Positions 1 through 12,427 of a DNA stretch of 64,000 nucleotides are shown here, piece by piece. This DNA comes from Mytilus edulis. Its lineage: Eukaryota. The notes beneath the pieces are model-generated. The model was not told the origin of the DNA. It worked only from the letters and a program-made list of their open reading frames with translations, and ran no database searches. Numbering within the stretch: position 1 is the stretch's first letter; each line of letters begins with the position of its first letter. Location of the stretch: contig NC_092347.1 in the NCBI RefSeq assembly GCF_963676685.1, forward strand, positions 66,402,001-66,466,000, read 5' to 3'. The translations under genes were made by a program, and so were the position numbers.

Positions 1-100
1 AAGAAGTGTATCGACCTCGGACTTCGTCCTCAGTCAATTTACTTCTTTCAGGTCAATATATCCTTGTATCGACCTCATACAAAGGCTATATTTGTATAAT
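1..100 (-). repeat. Inverted partial copy of the ~555-bp hairpin-bearing interspersed element (continues left of the window)
   Basis: 1-168 is the reverse complement of ~714-882, including the variants GTAAATTGAC and GTCGATACAC that are specific to copy 2. Confidence 0.9.
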
Positions 101-164
101 ACCAGGATCATAATTTTCCTTCGTCCAATTTCAGGGAACTTCCAGGACTTCAGTTATTTAGTAA

Positions 165-720
165 TATTATACAAATATAGCCTTTGTATGAGGTCGATAC
201 AAGGATATATTGACCTGAAAGAAGTATATTGACTGAGGACGAAGTCCGAGGTTGATATACTTCTTTGGGTCGATATATCCTGTATTGACCTCATACAAAG
301 GCTATATTTGTTATATTATTAATTTCTGACCATATTTGTATCAAAATCGTTTTTCAGGTTTGTTGGAATTTTATAGATATTACATTGTCTCCTTGACAAT
401 AACAACATATTAGTTGTTATTTCATTTACTTTTCTTTTCTTTTTTTTACATCTTATGTATTAGAAGATTTTTTCGTCAAATAATCGATCACAGATATTAT
501 GTGTTTCAAAACGTTAATCAATATCCTGAATTTCATTACATGACGTCACAAAGTATATTGGTTTTTAAATATATTCTAAAAATAACCGTGCAATATGCTT
601 TTTGCAGGTCAATATGCGTTTTGCTATCCGCCGTTTTCTCTCTACCTTCGAAAATATAGTTTAACATGTGACTATCCCTAAACGAATCAAATTTGTTAAA
701 ATATACGAATTAATAATATT
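165..720 (+). mobile_element. ~555-bp non-autonomous element, copy 1 (5' internal hairpin, TATT termini)
   Basis: Starts TATTATACAAATATAGCC and ends GAATTAATAATATT. Internal inverted repeat ~171-215 vs ~267-310. Near-identical to 783-1336 and 1333-1895. Confidence 0.8.
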
Positions 721-782
721 ACTAAATAACTGAAGTCCTGGAAGTTCCCTGAAATTGGACGAAGGAAAATTATGATCCTGGT

Positions 783-1336
783 ATTATACAAATATAGCCT
801 TTGTATGAGGTCGATACAAGGATATATTGACCTGAAAGAAGTAAATTGACTGAGGACGAAGTCCGAGGTCGATACACTTCTTTGGGTCGATATATCCTGT
901 ATTGACCTCATACAAAGGCTATATTTGTTATATTATTAATTTCTGACCATATTTGTATCAAAATCGTTTTTCAGGTTTGTTGGAATTTTATAGATATTAC
1001 ATTGTCTCCTTGACAATAACAACATATTAGTTGTTATTTCATTTACTTTTCTTTCTTTTTTTTTACATCTTATGTATTAGAAGATTTTTTCGTCAAATAA
1101 TCGATCACAGATATTATGTGTTTCAAAACGTTAATCAATATCCTGAATTTCATTACATGACGTCACAAAGTATATTGGTTTTTAAATATTCTAAAAATAA
1201 CCGTGCAATATGCTTTTTGCAGGTCAATATGCGTTTTGCTATCCGCCGTTTTCTCTCTACCTTCGAAAATATAGTTTAACATGTGACTATCCCTAAACGA
1301 ATCAAATTTGTTAAAATATACGAATTAATAATATTA
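783..1336 (+). mobile_element. ~555-bp non-autonomous element, copy 2
   Basis: Near-identical to copy 1 (offset ~617 bp). Separated from it by a ~62-bp spacer (721-782). Confidence 0.8.
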
Positions 1337-1895
1337 TACAAATATAGCCTTTGTATGAGGTCGATACAAGGATATATTGACCTGAAAGAAGTATATTGAC
1401 TGAGGACGAAGTCCGAGGTTGATATACTTCTTTGGGTCGATATATCCTGTATTGACCTCATACAAAGGCTATATTTGTTATATTATTAATTTCTGACCAT
1501 ATTTGTACAAAAATGTATCAAAATCGTCATTTAGGTTTGTTGGAATTTTAAAGATATGACATTGTCTCCTTGACAATAACAACATATTAGATGTTATTTC
1601 ATTTCCTTTTTTTTTTTTGGACATCTTAATATGTATTTGAATATTTTTTTCGTCAAATAATCGATGACAGATATCATGTGTTTCAAAACGTTAAACAATA
1701 TCCTAAAATTCATTACATGACGTCACAAAGTATATTGGTTTTTAGATATTCTAAAAATAACCGTGCAATATGCTTTTTGCAGGTCAATATGCGTTTTGCT
1801 ATCCGCCGACTTCTCTCTACCTTTGAAAATATAGTTTAACATGTGACTATCCCTAAACGAATCAAATTTGTTAAAATATACGAATTAATAATATT
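1333..1895 (+). mobile_element. ~555-bp non-autonomous element, copy 3 (head-to-tail with copy 2)
   Basis: The junction GAATTAATAA-TATT-ATACAAAT shares a single TATT. The body is slightly more diverged. Confidence 0.8.
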
Positions 1896-2512
1896 TATCA
1901 ATATCAGTTTGAATAGACAATTTCTAATGCTGCTATTGTTTTGCGGTAGACTTACTTGAGAATTTATAAGATGCGACTGATTGTTTTATGAAGTCTTGAA
2001 TTTCATGCATGTTTTAAACTTATGAATTGCTTATATTATTTTCTTGCATATTCAAAAGTTAAGAATAAAGGAACCTTTTTTCAAGAAAAAAAGAAAACTA
2101 TCGTAAAATGGAAAGAAAAACAAACTCGCACTTGCTATTAGTAAAAGTGCAAAACAAATTAACGATGCATGGTTTATATTTGTTAAACAAAACTTAACAC
2201 TAAATTCACAAATGTTATTAAAGATTTTTTCCCCGAACTGATTTTGACTTCCTACTTGCATTACTGTGTAACAGAATTGTCTTTATTTTTGAAAGATTTA
2301 CATATAGCTGTCTCTTATTTCGCTATATTTAAAAAAAATGTCACATAGTGCATAGTAATTCACATGTCTTATCACGAGATGGTATGTTTTTTCCATTATG
2401 TTTTCTTTTGTACAGTGGAAGTTGTAGAAAATGTACTGTTACATAAAGAGGGACCCTGTAACCACTTTAATTGTTTGTTGTTTCATTCAATTATATGATT
2501 CTGTGTTGACTT

Positions 2513-2788
2513 GAGTTATCATTGATATGTTCATAATAATAAATTAACTGTTAACAAAACTTTGAATGTTTGAAAAACTAAGGCTTTTCTACCTCAGGAA
2601 TAGATTGCCTTAGCTGTATTTGGTAAAAAATTTAGGAATTTTTGGTCCTCAATGCTCTTCAACTTCGTACTTTATTTTGGCCTTTTAAACATTTTTGGAT
2701 TCGAGCATCACTGATGAGTCTTATGTAGACGAAACGCGCGTCTGGCGTAAATATAAAATTTAATCCTGGTATCTATGATGAGTTTATT
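2513..2788 (+). mobile_element. Hammerhead-containing retrozyme/Penelope-associated repeat (partial monomer)
   Basis: Same family as 16291-16465, 28757-28840, 36045-36245 and the degenerate array at 4370-5450. Contains a hammerhead core near its 3' end. Confidence 0.8.
2706..2747 (+). ncRNA. Type I hammerhead ribozyme (minimal, palindromic stem III)
   Basis: CATCA-CTGATGA-GTCT tatgt AGAC-GAAA-CGCGCG-TC-TGGCG. Conserved CUGAUGA and GAAA boxes, 4-bp stem II, GUC cleavage triplet (cut after 2742), one mismatch in stem I. Confidence 0.85.
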
Positions 2789-4369
2789 TACAAATGTTTC
2801 ATGAATATTCAGACGAGCGGAAATTGCAAATCATTATTTATTGTACACGACGATTAAAGATTTTTTTCTTCGTAATTTAGATATTTCATATAAAGTTCCA
2901 ATTGAAATTCTGCATAAAAAATTGTGTCATAGTTTACTCGTCATATTTTACCCAGATGTTGTTATGTCCTAATTTAAATTTTATTTAATACGCAGAATAT
3001 CTATAAATAGACATACATCGCTATCCTTTTCTATTGACAGCGTATTTGATGTAAACATCGTCACATGTCATTTGTTTACGTCTTTAGATTTGTTTTGAAG
3101 ATTTTCAATTTTCATTTCCATATAAAACAAGATAACTTTTTATTTTATTCATCAGATATTCAACTGGTAGATAACCAAATATAGGGTAAGTACACAAGAT
3201 ACTATTAGAATTTCAGTCCCCAGATTTCGTTATATATTTTGACTAAATATTTTTTTGATTCTGTTAATCTGTGTATTTGTATTGTAAAACAATCGACGAA
3301 TTATGTTTTATTTATGATTATCCTTCTCGTCCCGAATCTTCATGAAATATGCAATTGAACGATAACATAAAATATAGCGTATGTATGGAATTTCTTTGTA
3401 TTACCGTATGGAATGAAAAATTCTATCTTGTCAATTACTAAGGGAATAACTCAGAAAAGACCAACCCGAAACGTCAAATTCGTCTCAAGCTGTTTTTTTT
3501 TTAAAGTCTGGCAACTGCAATACCAATTGAAGAGAAACCTCTAATTGTCCTTTTTTTGGCACTGTTAATCGCATAGATTGAGCACAATATTTAATTCGAA
3601 CTTGTCATGACAATACTCAATCATCCGTTTTATTACAAAAGCCTATGTAAATTCTATATATACAATTACAGTACTCAACATGTGTATGGTAGGTAAGATT
3701 GTGCTTTTTAAATTCATGAGTTATTTATCGGAGACCTAAATACTAGTATATTTCTAATTTTTAAATCAACTTGACCAAATACAGGAATGACCATTGCGGA
3801 ACAAATGTCAACTCCGTTATATAGTTGTCTTATTGGAATTAACACCCCCATCTCCTATTCTCAAATTAAGCGATTTTAAGCGCTTGTTTAAATATCGAAT
3901 GATTTTCTTAAATCAACAAGAAGATATTATACAGAAACCTTAAATTTTGCTATTATGCACATAAGCGAGAGTTACAATTCTGTGTTAATTTCTAACTTAG
4001 ACGTATATTTAGGAATTCCCAACATGGTCTTTCACAGATTTTGTTCAATCATGCTCAAAGAAATGTCATTCTACAATATTTTGATTTGTTGTGTGCTTAT
4101 CAAGAAACAAAAAACACAAATATTCATGGCTTTGGTTCAACCAACCGAAGAGTTAAACACTAGACCTTCCACTAGCACCAGACCATCAATGGTGGTTGGA
4201 TTATCGAAATTATTATGAGGAAATAAATCTGAAGTTATAACTTGCGCAAAACATGAAATGTGTAAAATTTGAGCTATAAAATGTTTCCTAAGATTGCGAT
4301 AGTTCTCTTAAAATAATGTTTTAATAAAGTACATTCAAATTATTTAGAAAACACACCAAAGATCGAAGG

Positions 4370-5450
4370 CATATATTTTGTCGCACCTGATTCGCGTTTC
4401 GTCTACCATACGATACTGAAGCTCGAATCAAAACAGGTGGAAGGCCAAATCAAATACAAAATCGATTCAGTTGTAGGACAATTTCATTAAAGATACAAGG
4501 TGTATGTTTTATTACGCAAGGCGCGCGTTCCGTCTACATATGACTCATCATTGAAGCTCAAATCAGAACGATTTGCTGCCAAAATCAAATACAAATTGAG
4601 GAGCAATAGAACCTACATTTCCGTAAAGTTTGATCAAATATGAATAAGACAATCTGTACATTTGGGGAAAAAAAAACGTTTGTGTTTCGAATAACGAATA
4701 TTCAATAAACAGTAAATGTACAAAAATTGAACATATCAAAGGTAGTTCATATCAACGCAAGAGTGTTGACTACAAGTCTGTTAATACACCCAGGGACGAA
4801 CGAAATATATACCCTGGCCAGTGGCTGTAAACACTCCCATAATATATAAGGCTTATAATTTGTTGCGTCAGACTCGCGATTCGTCTACATAAAACTAACA
4901 CGTTCCGGTCGAATCAATACAGTTTGAAGCCTTAAATCAATATGTAGTAGGAGAGCAACTTAACTGAAAATTCAGAAAAGTTGTACGAAACGGGACTAAG
5001 GCAATCTATGTATAGTGAAAGAAAAGTCTTAGTGTGTTTTGAATAATTTAACATTTTATAAACAGTCCATTTACAAACAATAAACATACCAATGGAATTT
5101 CTTGTCAACACAAACGTACTGACTTATTGGTTTTTATACTCTCGGATACAAAACGTCCTCCATCGACCCAGTCGTTGGTAAAAACTCACCAAATATACCA
5201 GGTTTATAAATTGTTACACCAGACGATTGTTTCGTGTACATAAAACTAACCATCAACGCTTCAAAACGTTGAACAATAAAAACCGAAAAGTTTCGCAAAA
5301 TAGGAATAAGACTATCTATGCATTGTAGAAGAAACATAAATCGTGTTTCGAAAATAAAAATCATAAACAATTTATGTACAGAAAATGAGTGTATCGATCA
5401 TATTTCATGTCAAATCAAAAGTTCTTACTACTGTACTGGTGTTACCCTCG
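4370..5450 (-). repeat. Degenerate tandem array of retrozyme-like monomers, 351-bp period
   Basis: Eroded hammerhead motif (G(T)CTACA anchor) at 4532, 4883 and 5234, spaced 351 and 351 bp, plus a truncated unit at 4401. Flanks resemble the reverse complement of 2513-2788. Confidence 0.7.
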
Positions 5451-8400
5451 GAAAATTGTTAATTAGATTGGATGAACTGTGGATTAATTGACAAAAACCG
5501 GAGAATAGGTCAAAGGTATTTGAACGAAAACAATTTTTTTAACCATTGACAGATAAGGATTCCACTTTAGGCTTCGATGTCTTTTTGTTGGAACATATAC
5601 AAAACAGAAAAGAAACTGAACATATGTTTTTTTTATCGGCGTACGATCGTATATAAAAGACATTGAGATAAAAAAAAAATAATCCTTATTTAAAGGGGCA
5701 TTGGCCGTCAAATATATGTTCACCGATTTGACTCAAATGCTCATTCTGAATTCTGGAATTGGATTTTTCTATGTCTGTTTTTTTTCATATTATAGGTTAA
5801 AAATATATTTTAATCATCGTTTTTAACTGTATAAAAAAGTTCTTTTTGTCGATCGAATCAGTCAATCAATGGTATACTCTTGTTTCACTTTCAATGTTGA
5901 CCTTCTTTTCCTTTTAATAATTGAAGAAGCCTTATTAATGCGTAGCCTAACTCTAGCTAATGGGTTAAATTGGAGGTAACACAAATATGAATGAGCTCGA
6001 ATTATTCACATGCGTGTCCGTTTTACTGTGCTGGGTTTAAAAAAGAATACCAATAAAAAAATGCACGTCAATGGCACGTATAGGGATCATTTAGTGGAGT
6101 TTCGGCTTTTTCATGTTAAATAACCGTTGCAACATACATGTGATTTATGCAATTCCAAATATTTAACCGTTATTAATAAACCGTATTTAGAGGCAGTCAT
6201 TTGGGAGTTCTTTTTTCCTTTTCGGTGCCATACTTCCTCTCCGATCTAACAACGTATTATAATATTATAGATGTATGTCCAGGATTTCCCGTTTTGAATT
6301 AAAACATATATTCTTAAAGATTGACCGATAATTTGTTTCCCTTCCATTCAGCAATACTGGTAACGTAGTCTGTCCTTCAAGTGAACTCTCTGCTTTTGTT
6401 TATGATTATTGCGTTGAAAGCGATGACATGAATGATCTGTTAAAGTTGAAAAACACTATATGACCAATGAAAGACATACGTAAATGAAAGTAAAAATTAA
6501 ATATAATTGAGAAAAAGGCCTTTTTATTAACATTATGATAGTGATTTGCTTATATTTTGTGTGTCTAAGTTTTAACAAATTTTCTTTTAAACATGACTAA
6601 ATGTTTGCTAAATTAAGATTGTCTTTGATTTAAAGACAAACTTCATATATTTTCATAGCATAGGTATAACCTCAAGCGACGCTTTATAGAAAAATAACTA
6701 GTTATCGTTTCATACACATAGTTATTGCGAAATACAAACTACAAAGATAACAGACATTTCGTTCAATGCCTAAATGATGTTTATGAAATGAAATATCAGT
6801 AAATATAAATCACTCTAATGTATATAAACTAGGACAAATATTTTTTATTTTTTATTTTTCACTTTTTTTTAATAGATATAGATGTTCTTCTTCAGAGTTT
6901 GTTAACTTTTTTCATAATCTGTTTTAAAAAAATCATGCTAATCACCCCAAATGTGTTCGCACAAATCACAATAGATTTAGAAATAGCTTATATAGCATGA
7001 AATAGCAATTTCAGTACATATTATCCCCCATAAAATCATTTTAAAGTTTAAAAACGAAGACTCCTAAAGTTAAATATAAACGCGTATCGTCACTTGTTCT
7101 GGTTTTAACTAGTTTTGTGGGTCAGACTGATTATATATAAATGCGTACTTGTCCACTGGTAGAACAGTATTCTCAAAGATATCCCTGCGCTGGTAAGAAT
7201 GGGTAATTATGTCTCTATAGTGATTTTAATAAAATATTTGTTTTTAATTATTTCTCTTTTTACTTTATAAAATGTAAGTTATAAGTCTAAATTAAATCTG
7301 TGTTTTCAAAGGTAAAGAATCGATCTCTCTCATTTTTTCTAAATGTGGCTAATATTTTTTCTTTGATAATGATATTTACGTCTTTATTGCTATATTATTC
7401 TTTTTTTTATGATAATTCTTCTTAAGACTAAAGTATACTGTAAACCAATTGGTTTTATTTGAAGAAAAAAAACCAATTAGTTTTACGGGCAAAGCAATTT
7501 TCTATTTTTCTTTATGTTTCAATTAATATTTATGTTCAGAAAACTTATGTTACGATTTTTTTATATATGAATTTTTAAAAAGGCATAATTTCATGTACCA
7601 GTTTAAAAAAAAAGATTAATTAATTAAAGAAATGCCAGAACGTGATATACAAGTATCACTATAAAAAGTAACTCCCGAAAGAGCGCCATTTCCCCCCACT
7701 CATTAAGCTAGTATATAAATTTTCGTTCTGTCATTTTTTTTTCATTGACTTTCCCTTATTGCATTTATCTTTGAGATCAGTATTTTTTTGTCATAAATAG
7801 TTAAATCCATGATAGAGTACCACTAAATATGAAGTCCGCGCGTATTATAACTATAAAAACTGCAGCTAATATTGATATATTAATTCATATATTAAGCTGG
7901 CGCAAAAATGGATTCGAAAAATATTGTGTGTATATTTCAGACTTCTACTTTCTACGATTAATGTATTACTGCAGTATGGAGAATCAAAATTGTCGCTACT
8001 CGATACATTTTTTATTTAATTGTATTGTCAACTTTAAGTAGAGAGTTATTTTTTGACATCTTTTATTATTTATTACACGCTTGTTTTATTGTTTGTGTTC
8101 ATTTTACATTAGTATATACATTTGAAGAAAGATTAAAAACAGATATAATGATGTAGATGCATATACCGTTAATATTGCTTTTTATCATGTTTATAATGCA
8201 ATTGTTCTACTTGAGAAGTAAAAGTATTTTTGTCGTATATGAAATTGAGGATAATAGAATTCGTACCAATTCTAATATATAAGTAAGGAATGTCAGTTTT
8301 GAGGAAACGGATACCGTGTCGATTTTGCTTTCGTTACTGTTGGCTTTCGGAATGTACAGATATACAGATACATCCGCTAGCTCATGCAGAGAAAATGCAA

Positions 8401-9568
8401 GGCTATCTGAACCCTGCAATATCTCTTATGGGGGTACATTGATTGGCTATTGCAAGTTTTTTTTAATGTGATATCTACATTACCCCCTGTTTTAATCGGC
8501 ATTCTAATTTTATCGCTGTACATTCCGGTCGATCAACTCGAAAAAAAACCTACATATGGAATTGATTTTCTAACCGCTTTCAATTGTTTTACTCAAAACT
8601 AATGTACCTTTCTTATAACACGGTATTTGATTAAAGCGAAGTCTGACTTTTGTCATTTCAAACATACAAATGAAATCAGTAAAGTGTATAATTTCCGATA
8701 CAATGTGATATTTAAAGGACGTTGTTTAGGGATGAAATGATGTTTTTTTTATTTGTGTCATTGAGTTAGCAGACTTCGTTTGATATGTCAAATTTAAATC
8801 AAATTTAAAACTAATTGATTTGAATGGAAATGGACAGTATTTGAAATACGAGCAAAAATGTACATGAACATGATATTTCCAAATCAAATAAAACATGAAC
8901 GAGCTGTATGTAGCCATTTTCGCTAAATGTTAAAAACATTATTTTGTTTTAAAACAGATAATTCTCTTATAATTTTTACCACCTTTTTTTTGCGTCTTCA
9001 TTACGTGAATTTAATTTAGTTATATATTTTTATCAAATAGTTATATTCCCAACTACTAGCTTACTTTAAAAATAAAGGTTCACATTTATTTTTTACATAA
9101 CCTAATTGAAAAAAAATATAAATTTGATTGTTCATTTATTTTATTTTTGAGCATTGACTCGAAAAATTCAACAAAATAGAATCGAAGTAACAGTTTGTTT
9201 ATAAATCAATATGTTTCATTTCACATTTCTATATCAAAAATAATTTTCAGTCTTCCACTTCTGAATGTTAATATGGTGTGTTTCAAACCTGCATCGAAAC
9301 GATGAATGACTTAGTGCATTCAATTTCCCCTGCAACGCATACCCAATCCAACATATACCAGTTAAGAAGGCAGAACTTTGTTGTTCCGTCACCATATCAA
9401 GGTATGATGTTGTTCATACACTATAACATCCTTAATATTGCATCAGCAGTATTTCTAGTGTACTATCTTCAGACTTGCTTTTCATCATATTCTTTTAGAG
9501 CACAAAATATCCCTTTTGAATGTCTTTTCCATAGAACCTTTTCTCTTTTAGATATTCTGGAAAACAAT

Positions 9569-9673
9569 ATGGAAGCCTTAAAAGTAAATGATACATTATT
9601 TAAAGGCAGTCATTCAACTGAAGATCTACTGAAATACTACAATAATTGGGCCCAGACAGGCAAATATGACGAG
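9569..9673 (+). CDS. METTL27: METTL27/WBSCR27-like SAM-dependent methyltransferase, coding exon 1
   Basis: ATG at 9569, MEALK...LLKYYNNWAQTGKYDE (YxxWAxxYD motif). Donor GAG|GTAAGG at 9674. Upstream acceptor TTTTAG ending 9551 implies a 5' UTR exon further upstream. Confidence 0.85.
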
Positions 9674-10198
9674 GTAAGGCAAAAAATGATTACTTTAAAT
9701 AACGCATTCCATGATAAATCTATGAGTTGCAATTGGCTTTGAACTAGTTTTTTGTCACTGAAAGTACTCGTAATCAGTATTTTAGTCTTTTTGTTAGTTT
9801 GTTTTGTACTTTGCTCCTGTCTGAAGATTGAGTCAAACAGTTTTTAACTAATTTTCTCTCTTACTGTTCTAATGTTGTGCTGTTACACCACTGACCAAGG
9901 TTAGGGTACTACTAGTGATCAAAACCTATTATTGAGTGGTTGTCGTTAGTACCGGTAATCGATCGTTATGTATATTTGAATGTACGGTATGAGTTTTGCT
10001 CTTTGTTGAAGTCCTTACAATTTCTTAAAGTCACTTTCATACACACGTTATCAAAACTCTGGTAGTTAGTAGTCTTGGTATATGTTATCTGCATATTATA
10101 AATTAGATTAACATGTTTTAATGGTTACGCTAACATAATGTCTATCTACAACACTAGCAATGATGGATGAACGACAAGTTGTCATTTTTTTAATATAT

Positions 10199-10438
10199 GT
10201 GTCACGGTACTTGTCTATCCCAAATTCATGTATTTGGTTTTGATGTTATATTTGTTATTCTCGTGGGATTTTGTCTGTTGCTTGGTCCGTTTCTGTGTGT
10301 GTTACATCATAGTGTTGTGTCGTTGTTCTCCTCTTATATTTAATGCGTTTCCCTCAGTTTTAGTTTGTTACCCCGATTTTGTTTTTTGTCCATGGATTTA
10401 TGATTTTGAACATCGGTATACTACTGTTGCCTTTATTT
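10199..10438 (+). repeat. Interspersed repeat in intron 1 (family ending TACTGTTGCCTTTATT)
   Basis: Related diverged copies at ~39590-39760 (+) and ~45930-46170 (-), and a 3' tail at ~16130-16162. Confidence 0.6.
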
Positions 10439-12292
10439 ACCCATATCAACACACCCCCTTTTTGGAATTACTTTGGAGTTCAGTATTTTAGATTATTTTT
10501 TTCATAGTAAGCATTTAAGATAATGTGTTATTTTATAAGTTTGCCAAAATTATTGAAAGATATGTGCTTGTAACGCGACCAAGTATTTTATTTCAGTCAA
10601 TTGTCACAGTAACATATAAATATTTGCTTAAAACGCGTGACCAATATTCGTAACTGCCACTGCTATATAGGTTATCTCTTACAGGTATTTACTAATGTTT
10701 ATTATTGGCGTTGTTTTGGTCGGAACGCAGAAGTTGAAGTTAAAATATAGGATAGTACACCTTATATTTTGAACTTTTTGATCTGACCTGATTCGAATAG
10801 TTAGTAAACAGTATATTGAACTGTCTAATGGCTGTTCATGAGAGATAATATGCGATGACTGTTAAAGACTTTGTAATAATAAAATAAATTAGAGGTCTGT
10901 CTTCTACCAGAATGAAAGGGAAATGTGGATGATAGCATAAACTATTACTTATAATCATATAAGATAAGTACACCAAAAGTTTCCTTTATAAAACCTGAAC
11001 TAGAAAGACAAGACTTATTATGAATAGTTATTGACTTCTTTTTATTGATGTAAGAAATTGCTCGAAAAATATTTTGCACTCCATGCTATCATCCTTATTT
11101 CCATTTCCGGTTTCTTACTTTCGGAACATTTCAGCTTTTTATCTTAGTCACACTTATATGTTGGAAATAGTATCGAATAAGTCCAAGGAGTTCCGAATGC
11201 ACAATCTAACACAACCTGTTCAGTTCGCACAAATAAGATAAAAAGGACTTCACCATAGTAAACCGTTGGTTTTATAGTCTCTCGTTATCAGCTGACACCT
11301 ACGTCACGTACATTGATAATGTAAAAATAAATAAGAAACTCCTTTTAAATTTAGAAGTGATATGTTCGTAGGTACAATGTAAGGTAGAAATTAAATTTAA
11401 ATAGATTGTTGAAGCTATGTTTATTGGGATGATTTAAATGTTCAATTACATCCTTATCTATAAACAATAATTAATATAGCAATAATTTTGGAATTATAAT
11501 CATACTTATGTCCTGGTTATACCAAACTGATAAAACGTGCTGAAAACTGAAAATTTATTTGAGTTACAGAACAAAAACTACGATTTGTGGCTTATACTCT
11601 GATAATATTAAGATAAATTAAGCTTGGATCCCATCTCACTATTACTAATGCAAAATAGACATTCAACGAGGAACCAAGGCTGTATCTAACTTCAATAGTA
11701 CCTAAAAAAAAAAAAATTTAAGACCTCAATCGAAACTTATAAGAATCAAATATGCATGTAAAATCGAATTAATTTGCGAAAGGATGAAATATATCAGATT
11801 CTTATTAGTCAGTATTGGCATAGATGAGTATCGGTTATCACAATTTTTATCCAGGCCTCTTGTTTGGCACAACAGCTAATAGATGCTACTATTAGAATAC
11901 AACTTAGAGGAAGATGATTGTCATAGAATCTGTCATACGATGATCAAATTGATTAAATAATTTTGAACATTATCAATTTACTGGAACAGGGGTTATGTCT
12001 CACTTTTGAAAGTTGAATAAACCATATTGTATAAGAATCAATGTATTTTAAATATTTCTTTTTTAATAATCGGCATTAAAGCCGTTTCCAAGTTTTCATA
12101 CATTATATTTATGTTTAAGTCTTATTTCTATATTTTGATACTTGCTTAGGAAACATATTTTATATTAAAAATTTTGAAAATTCTAGATTAAAAAAATGAA
12201 ATTTTGGCCTTTTCTAAACGTCCTTGACATTATTTTGTGTTTCAAACAGTATATTTCACATCTAATAACAATCTTTTATAATTTTTTTGCAG

Positions 12293-12427
12293 CACTTATC
12301 AGTAGACAACGGATATAAAGGCCCTCATATAACGGCTCAAGCTGCTGCAGAAGTTTTTGAACCAAATCGTCGACCTACAGTTCAAATATTAGATGTAGCA
12401 GCGGGGACTGGTAAAGTCTCTCAAGAG
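12293..12427 (+). CDS. METTL27: METTL27-like methyltransferase, coding exon 2
   Basis: TTTTTTGCAG acceptor. HLSVDNGYKGP...ILDVAAGTGKVSQE contains SAM-binding motif I. GAG|GTAAGG donor, phase 0/0, 135 nt. Confidence 0.9.

Noticed and set aside
414-1461. Duplicated short ORFs at the window start
   Set aside because: Translations of a repeated non-coding element. Copies differ by frameshifts and there are no recognisable domains.
9278-9568. N-terminal extension of the 154-aa ORF
   Set aside because: Non-ATG start upstream of a splice acceptor at 9551. Family similarity begins only at the ATG at 9569.
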